From: a virus
Reading direction: 5' to 3' (one strand)
DNA length: 64,000 nucleotides
Virus record (IMG/VR): IMGVR_UViG_3300025113_000003
Span: 1 to 64,000 of that record
Within the stretch, counting starts at the first letter, position 1; the number at the start of each line of letters is the position of its first letter. A program made the translations under genes and the position numbers. Positions 56,160 through 64,000 of the stretch are shown in pieces. The notes beneath the pieces were generated by a model. That model had not been told where the DNA came from. It was given only the letters and a program-made list of their open reading frames with translations, and ran no database searches.

Positions 56160-58391
56160 ATGACAACCAAGAACTTCTTCGGCGGTGCCATCATCAACTA
56201 CGGTTCGGTACTACCGTCCGTTGGCGGTGTTCCTGACGGCGCGCTGTTCTTCAAGACCGGCACCAGCCCGGGCATCTACATCTTCAGCCTCAACATAGAT
56301 GCCAACAGCACCAACCTAGGCAACCAGCCTGCGCAGACCTGGCAGCAGCTCGTTTCAACCGCTTCCAGCGGTTCAGATGCTGCCTCGCTCGGTGGTCAAC
56401 CAGCCAGCGCCTACTACCGCAACAACCTGTCAGGACTGAGCCCCACAACCGCTGACCCAACGGCAAGCTTCTGGATCGATACGACGTCTCCAGCCATCAA
56501 GTCCACCGTAAACACGGCCAGCCTTCCTGGCAATTTCCCATCAACGACAGGGGCAACCTGGACCTTCCTGTCAAGCATGAATCTTGGCGGTACGGTTGAT
56601 AACTACCAGCGCGCCCTTGACCTGCACAAGAGCTATGCTGGTGCTGCACACGGTTTCTACCTGCGTTCCTACAGCAGCGCTGGTATCCCAAACAACTGGG
56701 AACGCATCATCACCGACGCCACCATGGGTCCTGGGTCAGGACTTGACGCTGACCTGCTCGACGGCGAGGACGGGCTCTTCTACCGCAACGCCAGCAACAT
56801 CAACGCCGGCACTCTAGCCACCGCGCGTGGTGGCACTGGGGTCAGTCACACCTCGCTGACGCAGGGTGCGGTCATGTATGCCGCGTCGGCCACCACCATT
56901 CAGGACTCTGCCGTTGGCGCAGCAACCTCAGGATCAGGCACCAACCAGAACTGGCAGGTGCTGACCTCAGGGGGTGGAGCCGCTCCAGCGTGGGTGAACT
57001 CCACAGGGCTAAACGTAGCATTTGCCACCAACGCTGCCTTTGCCAGCTCAGCGACGACCGCGACGACCGCCACAACGGCGCTAACAGCCAACGCAGTCGC
57101 GTGGACAGGTATCACAGGTCTACCTTCTGCTCAGCAGAGCTGGACAGATTTGCCGGCTGCTGGTTTCGACACCCGAGCCGGTGCGGCGCTGTTCTATGAC
57201 ATGGGCAACATCGCTGCTCTGTCAATGAACCCATCGCAGTTTGTACCTGGAACCCTGAGTGGCTTTGATGCCTACAGCACCTCAGATATGGGCCAATACC
57301 AGGTCGGCCTAACAGTCGTTGGACTGGGCGGCGCCGGGCGCCGGGCGGTGCAGCTTGCTGCCAACTGGAACTTCGAAGAAGCGGCACCAAGCGGGCTTCG
57401 CTTCCGTGTCAACGACGACACAGGAACCGCTGGGGCGTGGGGAGCGTTTAGAACGCTTTGGGACAACGGTAACTTGAACGCCCTCTCACAGCTGACCAAC
57501 GACCAAGGGTTCATAACCGGAGCATCTCTGGCAAACTACCTTGACAAGACGACGGCAACGGCGCAGTCGGTCGTCAGCAACGTCACGTTCAATAACGACA
57601 TCAGCGTTGGTGATCGCGCCACTGCTAACAGCTTGGCGGTGACTGGCGGTGCGGGAATTGGTGGAGTTTCAATACCTGGTGTTGGTAGCTTGAACGTGGG
57701 AGCAAACATTCTTGCTTTCGGCAACATCAGCGCTCAGGGGAACCTAAACACAACTGACAACGTATACGCCAGCGGTGGATCAAGCGGTATAGTTGCCTAC
57801 GGGGCAAGCGGGATGGTGCACGCAGGCGTTTCAGCCGCGCACGGCGGTGGCGGAGGCTCAGGAGCCATCCGTATGCAGGGGTCAGGGTCAGCGAACTCAG
57901 GATATATCGAGTTCTATGCCTCCAATGGCACCTCACAGACGCGCACCAGCTACATCGGAACCTCAACGTTTTCCACTCAAGATGCTGGTACGTTGACCTA
58001 CTCAGCTGGGCTCCACAGCTTCGCTGGAGATATCTCTACCAACGGCAACGTCACCGCCTACTCCTCTGACGCCCGCCTGAAGGAAAACGTGACGGTCATC
58101 CCAGACGCCATCAAGAAGGTAAAGAAGCTAGGTGGCTACGAGTTTGATTGGAAGGAGCGCCTCTGCGAGCAGGTCGGTTTTCAACCAGCGCAGCGGCACG
58201 AGCACGGGCTGCTGGCGCAGGAAGTTGAGCAGGTAATGCCTGACGCGGTGACAGCTGCAGCGTTCAACTCTGACTACAAGACGGTGCGCTATGAGCGGCT
58301 CGTGGCGCTACTGGTCGCCGCCATCAATGAGCAACAGGAGCAGATAGCTGCGCTTCAGCAGCAGGTAACTGAGCTGGCGAATGGCGACTAA
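56160..58391 (+). CDS. Tail fibre protein with C-terminal intramolecular chaperone (peptidase S74)
   Basis: GSGLDADLLDG motif; YSSDARLKENV..HGLLAQEVEQVMPDAV..YERLVALL then coiled coil. Confidence 0.9.
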   Translation: MTTKNFFGGAIINYGSVLPSVGGVPDGALFFKTGTSPGIYIFSLNIDANSTNLGNQPAQTWQQLVSTASSGSDAASLGGQPASAYYRNNLSGLSPTTADPTASFWIDTTSPAIKSTVNTASLPGNFPSTTGATWTFLSSMNLGGTVDNYQRALDLHKSYAGAAHGFYLRSYSSAGIPNNWERIITDATMGPGSGLDADLLDGEDGLFYRNASNINAGTLATARGGTGVSHTSLTQGAVMYAASATTIQDSAVGAATSGSGTNQNWQVLTSGGGAAPAWVNSTGLNVAFATNAAFASSATTATTATTALTANAVAWTGITGLPSAQQSWTDLPAAGFDTRAGAALFYDMGNIAALSMNPSQFVPGTLSGFDAYSTSDMGQYQVGLTVVGLGGAGRRAVQLAANWNFEEAAPSGLRFRVNDDTGTAGAWGAFRTLWDNGNLNALSQLTNDQGFITGASLANYLDKTTATAQSVVSNVTFNNDISVGDRATANSLAVTGGAGIGGVSIPGVGSLNVGANILAFGNISAQGNLNTTDNVYASGGSSGIVAYGASGMVHAGVSAAHGGGGGSGAIRMQGSGSANSGYIEFYASNGTSQTRTSYIGTSTFSTQDAGTLTYSAGLHSFAGDISTNGNVTAYSSDARLKENVTVIPDAIKKVKKLGGYEFDWKERLCEQVGFQPAQRHEHGLLAQEVEQVMPDAVTAAAFNSDYKTVRYERLVALLVAAINEQQEQIAALQQQVTELANGD

Positions 58392-58393
58392 AC

Positions 58394-59572
58394 ATGACGG
58401 TGCAAACAAGCGGAGCAATAAGCCTCCTGAACCTCCAAACTGAGTTTGGCGGAACAAGCCCAATCTCCATCGCGGAGTACTACCGTGGTGCTGGGCTGGT
58501 CCCAGCCGGCACCGCCGCTGGAACTGGATCCTCTCAGACCGCGCCGCTTCCACCAGCTGCACCTGCTCAGATCTCTACATCACCGGCGCCTATTCAGCTG
58601 TCGATGTTCTATGGGACCAGCGCGGCAATTACACCAAATCAGGCGCTTAGCTTCTTCTACACCAATACGCTTCGGCTGATGTCATACGATCTCGATGACA
58701 ACCCGGACTGGGCACCACGCGGGCGCTTTTGGGTAGAGGACGCAAACGACAACGGTGATTGGATAAACCGCACTGAGCTGTTTGACTACACAACAGGGGC
58801 ACTAACTGGCGCCGGCGCTGACACCGCCTCCTCAACCGTATTCATCATTGCTATGGGTCCCGACGACTACGCTGACGCTCCCGGTGGTAATGAAAAGGAG
58901 TTCTCCAACATGGTGCTGGCACGAACTAGCGGCGGCACCATTAACCTGGCGGTGCCTACCTATTTTGGGTGGTATCTGCCAGATGGCAAAGATCACGGAG
59001 ACGGCTGGGGGATCTTTCACGTCAATACAAATGTGACAGACGTCAACAACGTCATGATCACCATGTCCAAGGACTCCAGAGACGATGCCAACGTGTATCA
59101 CACGGCGCTCTTTCCTGGAAAGTGGAAGTTTGGATTTCAACAGACCGTGGCCGTCGATGTAGTTGGACAAGGACTATGGCCAACCGTACCTGTACCAGGT
59201 ACTCAGGTAACAAGGTATCGAGAATGGACGGTGACAATGCCTCCTGCCAGCTTCCTGCTGTATAACTTTGCGTCAGATCTGGGTTACGACGTCTTTTCCC
59301 TGAATGGTGGCGGTTACGTCTGGCAGTATTCGGTAATACCCGCTGGTGTCCAGGTTGCCTATGGCCGAGTGGCGGTAGCTGATGGAGTAACAGAGGACTT
59401 CATGCTGGTAAACCCAACCACATCATCGCGCCAGGTACACATTCGGGTACCAGCAGAGTATCGCTACACCACTACTGACCCCGAGTCGGGCACCTCGTCA
59501 GAGGGTCTCGCATCCATGAGCGTGCGCCCGTCCATCTACGTATTCATTGCTGAGACCAGCTTCGGTGGTTAA
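58394..59572 (+). CDS. Fibre-tip/adhesin-like virion protein
   Basis: N-terminus SGAISL..LQTEFGG..PISIAEYYRG..LSMFYG, a pattern seen in genes following S74 fibres. Confidence 0.7.
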   Translation: MTVQTSGAISLLNLQTEFGGTSPISIAEYYRGAGLVPAGTAAGTGSSQTAPLPPAAPAQISTSPAPIQLSMFYGTSAAITPNQALSFFYTNTLRLMSYDLDDNPDWAPRGRFWVEDANDNGDWINRTELFDYTTGALTGAGADTASSTVFIIAMGPDDYADAPGGNEKEFSNMVLARTSGGTINLAVPTYFGWYLPDGKDHGDGWGIFHVNTNVTDVNNVMITMSKDSRDDANVYHTALFPGKWKFGFQQTVAVDVVGQGLWPTVPVPGTQVTRYREWTVTMPPASFLLYNFASDLGYDVFSLNGGGYVWQYSVIPAGVQVAYGRVAVADGVTEDFMLVNPTTSSRQVHIRVPAEYRYTTTDPESGTSSEGLASMSVRPSIYVFIAETSFGG

Positions 59573-60456
59573 GCGAACTTCTTGATCTCGTCGGGGACAG
59601 GAAGGTCCTTCTTCTCGATACCTTCAGCTGCGTCCTTGAAGATGGCCGCGTGATCAGGCCGCTTGAAGATCAGCTTGATGACCTGCTCAGCTGACAGCGC
59701 GTCCTTGGCTCTGACCCCCTTGCCAAACATGAACTCGGCTGCCTTGTCGGGGCTGAAGATTGGGTCAGCGTCCTTCGTGAACTTACCGTGGTGCCCAAGC
59801 TTCTTAAGCTCCGCCTCCACCTCATCTGGTGTGGCCTTACGCAGCGCGACGCGCCCCTTGCCGTCCTTGCGCATAGGGGCCGCTCGAAAGTTACGAGCTA
59901 GACCCTCAGCGCGACCAAACCCTCGGCGCACCCGCACTATGACGTTGCCGTCGTCGTCCTTCACCTGCAGGTCCTTGCCTGGCTCAAAGGTGAACTTCAT
60001 CAAGCTGTCAATGAGAGCGTTGCGCACCGCGCCCTTGTGAGCGCTGTCAACCGCTGAGTGAAAGCCAAACTTGGCCCACTCGGCTGACGGCACGAACATC
60101 AGGTCAACCTGAACTCGACGATCAGGGCCAGTTGGCACAGCGAACGAGAAGGTGCCACCACCGATCTGCTTCACCTTGTCCATGCCGGTGGCTGCCTTCA
60201 TTTTCTCGACGAGGTCCTGCCGATCGTAGCGGCCCTCTTCGATGGCGATGTCCAGGTCACCGCTGTCCTTGCGCTTTCCAGCCAGTGTGTGACCGGTTGA
60301 GCCAAGCAGGTTGTCGGCCAGCTGCGCATAGGGAATGCCGGTGTGCTCCTCAACGAAGCGCAGCGCGATCTCCATGTCCTGCTTGTTGGCGCGTACCGTG
60401 TTGAAGGCGGCCGTGGCGGCGCCGCCCTCCAGAAGAAACTGCTTGAAGGTCATCAT
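59569..60456 (-). CDS. Pol-beta-superfamily nucleotidyltransferase with capsid-targeting-like N-terminus
   Basis: MMTFKQFLLE; LLGSTG...DSGDLDIAI; RVQVDLMF (third Asp). Confidence 0.75.
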   Translation of the reverse strand: MMTFKQFLLEGGAATAAFNTVRANKQDMEIALRFVEEHTGIPYAQLADNLLGSTGHTLAGKRKDSGDLDIAIEEGRYDRQDLVEKMKAATGMDKVKQIGGGTFSFAVPTGPDRRVQVDLMFVPSAEWAKFGFHSAVDSAHKGAVRNALIDSLMKFTFEPGKDLQVKDDDGNVIVRVRRGFGRAEGLARNFRAAPMRKDGKGRVALRKATPDEVEAELKKLGHHGKFTKDADPIFSPDKAAEFMFGKGVRAKDALSAEQVIKLIFKRPDHAAIFKDAAEGIEKKDLPVPDEIKKFA

Positions 60457-61088
60457 CGAATGTATTCCTTTGGGTCCTTACCTTGCTGCCTGATGAGGTC
60501 GGCTACCTCGTCCTGAACGTAGTCCTCGTAGCTCATACCTGGATGCCTGACCTTGCTGACCGCCTCGGGGTCCCAGCGTGCGATGATCGGGTTGCGTGAC
60601 GTGGGTTTAATGTCGCGAAAGTCTCGGTCACCAGTGAACCAGACAGCCAGCTCCTTGGCCTGCTCCCTGGTAGCCTGGAACTCCCGTCGGAAGAACATCT
60701 CCAGCCAGAGATCGTCTAGGTCCGTCTCCACCCCCTCCTCGGTATACTCAGGGATGTCAGCGATCTCCAACCGGTACTTCTCACGAGCTACTCGAGCGAT
60801 GAGTCCCTTGACAACCAGCTCAGGTGACAGCGGCATGGAGTAGATGCTCTTTCCTTCCTTGCTCAGCTGGGCCTCAGCCCAGTCAATGATGTGGTCCCAG
60901 CCATCCTCAGCGATGAACTGAGGGTCGGGAGCCGTTGTCGTACCAGCGCGCCTTACCCAGTCCACGGCATCAACCGCTGCCTCTCTGGTCAGGTGCAGCT
61001 CCTTGCGAAAGAAGAGCACCCATGGCAGCCATCCTAGCGGGATGGAGGCAGCTTCTACCTCTTCAAGAAAGCGCTTAAAGGTCAGCAA
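60453..61088 (-). CDS. Putative internal head protein with two repeated domains
   Basis: TTG start after GGAG giving MLTFKRFLEE; repeats shared with upstream gene. Confidence 0.65.
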   Translation of the reverse strand: MLTFKRFLEEVEAASIPLGWLPWVLFFRKELHLTREAAVDAVDWVRRAGTTTAPDPQFIAEDGWDHIIDWAEAQLSKEGKSIYSMPLSPELVVKGLIARVAREKYRLEIADIPEYTEEGVETDLDDLWLEMFFRREFQATREQAKELAVWFTGDRDFRDIKPTSRNPIIARWDPEAVSKVRHPGMSYEDYVQDEVADLIRQQGKDPKEYIR

Positions 61089-61749
61089 AGCCGCTCCCCA
61101 TGTCAAGTGGGATGTTGAAGTGCTGGCGCACGCGGTGCGCTACTCGGCGCATCCGTACCGGCGCGCCTTGATCGTGGTCCTTCAAGAACGTGTCAAACAC
61201 CTTCTGTCCTGACTCGTTACTCATCTCAAAGAAGAGGTCAGATGTATCGGGGTCCTCATGAGCCCAGCGCACCAGCAGGGCGGCGTCGCGACGCGGAATC
61301 TCCAGCTCCTTCGCTACCTTGAGCGCGTAGCCCAGCTCGTCAAGCTCTTCCATCGACTCATAGGCGGCGTCAGGCCCGTAGTAGTCATCATAATCACGAT
61401 GCGGCATCGGGTCGCTGGAGTCGCGGGGGCGGTGCTGCTTGGTCGACTTGAAGTGCGTGTCAATGCCGGCGTCCTGCAGGTCATGCAGGACCATCTCATA
61501 GACCCATTCCTCAGTGGAGTAGTCAGGTGCATCAGCTTTCGCTACATCATAGGGCATCGTGTCAGAGTAGTGATCGTACAGCTTTGTCCAAACAGGGTGC
61601 TGCTCAATGTCTGCTATCTCGCCGTCAACCCAGTCAGCGACAAGCTGTCGCTCCTCCTTGGAGAGGTCGAACTGCTTCTGCAGGAAGAGCTGCATCCGAA
61701 GGTCCTCAAGGGCGTCGGTTTCAGCTAGAAAGGCTTTAAATGTCAGCAT
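61075..61749 (-). CDS. Putative internal head protein with two repeated domains
   Basis: MLTFKAFLAE; TAAATA 61757-61762. Confidence 0.7.
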   Translation of the reverse strand: MLTFKAFLAETDALEDLRMQLFLQKQFDLSKEERQLVADWVDGEIADIEQHPVWTKLYDHYSDTMPYDVAKADAPDYSTEEWVYEMVLHDLQDAGIDTHFKSTKQHRPRDSSDPMPHRDYDDYYGPDAAYESMEELDELGYALKVAKELEIPRRDAALLVRWAHEDPDTSDLFFEMSNESGQKVFDTFLKDHDQGAPVRMRRVAHRVRQHFNIPLDMGSGFADL

Positions 61750-61756
61750 GGCTTGT

Positions 61757-61788
61757 TATTTAGGACCGGAAACCGGTGCCCATAAATA
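61757..61788. promoter_or_regulatory. Divergent pair of TAAATA late promoters
   Basis: tattta 61757-61762 and taaata 61783-61788. Confidence 0.65.
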
Positions 61789-61814
61789 TCACTACGACCT
61801 AACGGGAAAAATTC

Positions 61815-64000
61815 ATGAAGTTTCACGGTATCACGTTGGAACAGGGCAGCAGCGTAGCCAACCTTACGGTGTCCTCTGGAACTGCCTTCCCAACTTCCCC
61901 AGATGAAGGTGAGCTATTCTTCCGCTCAGACACCGATCTACGGCTCAAGGGGCTGTACCTCTACGTTGGTGGTAGCTGGGACCGCATCGCCAGCACCGAC
62001 TCGCTGACGTTGCCCAACGGCGCGGTGCTGCCAACGCAGGCCAATGAGGGAGATGTCTTCTATCTCAGCTCAGGGGATGCCAGCGAGGGGATCTACGTCT
62101 TCCGAAACGACAGCTGGGTGGCCGCATCAGGTGAGGGTACCGCGCCTATCTTTGACGTCACAGGTGACGTCACTGGTACCATTGACGGCGGCACGGATGT
62201 TCTCACGTTGGTTTCAACGACTGTCACTCCCGGATCATACGGTTCTGCTACCCAAGCGGGTACCTTTGCAGTTGACGCAAAAGGGCGCCTCACAGGTGCT
62301 GCCGATGTGTTGGTCACTCCTGCTTGGTCCTCTGTAACGGGAACCCCGACAACCCTGGCTGGCTATGGTATCACCAACGCTGTACTGAAGACCGGTGACA
62401 CGATGACAGGTCCGCTGGCAATCACCGGAACTGGCAGCGGGCTGACCATTGCTGACGGTAACCTGCTCCTCACACGCGCCATTGATAACATCGCTGGTGC
62501 TCAGTTCACGAACACAAGCACCGGCGGTGACGCTGAAACGGCGCTGTATCTCACCAACGACGCTGGTGATTACTTTACTGTGTCAATTAGCGGTTCAGGC
62601 TTTACGCCTGTCGCTCAAGCCTCAACTGCCTATGTCTGGACAGATGCGGCAGCTATCAGCTTTGGTACGAACAGCATCGAGCGCCTGCGCATCTCCAATG
62701 GTGCCTTCGGTCTAGGGGGCGCCAACTACGGTACCAGTGGACAGGTGCTGACTTCAGCCGGTTCCGCAGCTGTTCCAACCTGGACCACGCCTCTAGGCGG
62801 TACGGTAACCTCTGTTGCCACGGTGCAACCCACAGAAGGTCTCACCATCACTGGTGGACCAATCACTTCTAGTGGAACGCTTACGTTCGAGCTGGCTAAT
62901 GACCTTGCTGCGCTTGAAGAACTCACGACCACTGGGCTGGCGACACGGACAGCAGCCGATACCTGGGTTTCCAGGTCGATCGCTGTCGTTGGATCTGGAA
63001 TCTCTGTCGCTGATGGCGGTGGGGTTGCCGGCAACCCCACCATCACTCTGGTTTCTGCTACAGCCGCAACGCCCTCAACGCTGGTCTTCCGTGATGCCAG
63101 CGGTAACTTCAGCGCAGGCACGATTACGGCAGCCCTGACCGGCAACGCCACGACTGCCACTACGCTTGCGACTGGGCGTACCTTCTCCATCACTGGAGAT
63201 GTCACTGCCAGCGGCATCAGCTTTGATGGTAGCGCCAACGTAGCTCTAGCCTCTACGCTTGGCACCACCGCCGTTGCTCCTGGTTCCTACGGCTCTACCA
63301 CCCAGGTAGGCACCTTCACCGTGAGCGGTCAGGGGCGCCTCACCGCCGCTGCCAACGCCGCTATCGCCTTTCCCGTAACCTCGGTCGCCGGTCAGACCGG
63401 AGCTGTCACGCTGACCACCGCCAACATCACTGGTTACGGCACCGTTACCGACGCGGTCTTCACGCTGACCGACGACGGGGACCCCACCAAGGTCGCCAAG
63501 TTTGAGGCGTCAGGTATCACCACCGCCACTACCCGTACCTATACGCTGCCCAACGCTGACGGAACCATCGCCATCACGGGTGCCTTGGCGCAGACCTTCT
63601 CGGGCGCGCTGACCTTCTCCAACGCGGCGCTGACAGTTGGTTCGGCGACCACTGCCGCCACCTACAACCTTGGTACCGGCGCGACAACCAGCGGTAACAC
63701 CAAGACCATCAACCTCGGCACGGCTGGCGTGGCGGGTTCCACTACCGTGGTAAATGTCGGTTCCAGCACCAGTAACACCACCATCAACCTCACTGGAAAA
63801 GTCGTTCTAGCAGGCGACCCAGCGACCAGCCTTGAGGCAGCCACCAAGTCCTACGTGGACGCCATCAAGGAAGGGCTCAATGTCCACGCTGCCTCGCAGG
63901 TGGGGTCTGCTGTCAACCTTCCAGCTACCTACGCGAACGGCACCGCTGGTGAAGGAGCTACCTTAACTGCCTCCGCTAACGGTGTCCTCGTTGTGGACGG
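61815..64000 (+). CDS. Fibre-like virion protein, truncated by window end
   Basis: Absent from ORF track because it has no stop in the window; MKFHGITLEQGS...; GSYGSATQ..DAKGRLT, LANDLAALE, AATKSYVD motifs shared with 20999-26563. Confidence 0.85.
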   Translation, partial: MKFHGITLEQGSSVANLTVSSGTAFPTSPDEGELFFRSDTDLRLKGLYLYVGGSWDRIASTDSLTLPNGAVLPTQANEGDVFYLSSGDASEGIYVFRNDSWVAASGEGTAPIFDVTGDVTGTIDGGTDVLTLVSTTVTPGSYGSATQAGTFAVDAKGRLTGAADVLVTPAWSSVTGTPTTLAGYGITNAVLKTGDTMTGPLAITGTGSGLTIADGNLLLTRAIDNIAGAQFTNTSTGGDAETALYLTNDAGDYFTVSISGSGFTPVAQASTAYVWTDAAAISFGTNSIERLRISNGAFGLGGANYGTSGQVLTSAGSAAVPTWTTPLGGTVTSVATVQPTEGLTITGGPITSSGTLTFELANDLAALEELTTTGLATRTAADTWVSRSIAVVGSGISVADGGGVAGNPTITLVSATAATPSTLVFRDASGNFSAGTITAALTGNATTATTLATGRTFSITGDVTASGISFDGSANVALASTLGTTAVAPGSYGSTTQVGTFTVSGQGRLTAAANAAIAFPVTSVAGQTGAVTLTTANITGYGTVTDAVFTLTDDGDPTKVAKFEASGITTATTRTYTLPNADGTIAITGALAQTFSGALTFSNAALTVGSATTAATYNLGTGATTSGNTKTINLGTAGVAGSTTVVNVGSSTSNTTINLTGKVVLAGDPATSLEAATKSYVDAIKEGLNVHAASQVGSAVNLPATYANGTAGEGATLTASANGVLVVD

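Noticed and set aside
1-64000. Stop-codon reassignment, as seen in some jumbo phages
   Set aside because: Conserved genes are full length in the standard code, and TAA, TAG and TGA all end genes at expected positions.
1-64000. tRNA or rRNA genes
   Set aside because: No cloverleaf or T-loop consensus was seen in the few intergenic gaps; tRNAscan-SE would confirm.

Overview
A gene-dense, GC-rich segment of a large (jumbo-type) tailed dsDNA phage genome read with the standard genetic code. Its regulation looks T4-like: TAAATA late-promoter boxes precede virion genes, and sigma70-like early promoters carry a conserved upstream GTTAC box. It encodes: (i) translation/RNA-repair genes (Thg1-like, Rnl1-type RNA ligase, GGQ peptidyl-tRNA hydrolase, Pth2-like); (ii) a tandem-AAA MoxR-type ATPase with a metallopeptidase-VWA partner; (iii) PhoH, a ClpP-like protease and two J-domain proteins; (iv) a two-subunit type II topoisomerase, ThyA, guanylate kinase and a DinG-like helicase; (v) several long repetitive fibre/virion proteins; (vi) proteins whose N-termini (MxTFKxFLxE) resemble the T4 capsid-targeting sequence, including a nucleotidyltransferase and probable nuclease and ADP-ribosyltransferase folds. 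The most notable region is a co-oriented cluster at about 44.9-56.0 kb. It combines a dCMP-hydroxymethylase-type TS paralogue, a dNMP kinase, a UDG-fold protein, a GalE-like epimerase, a putative GT-B glycosyltransferase and UDP-galactopyranose mutase. By inference this makes DNA carrying furanosyl (galactofuranosyl or arabinofuranosyl) hydroxymethylcytosine. All assignments come from motif recognition by eye; no searches were run. No tRNA, rRNA or CRISPR array was seen.
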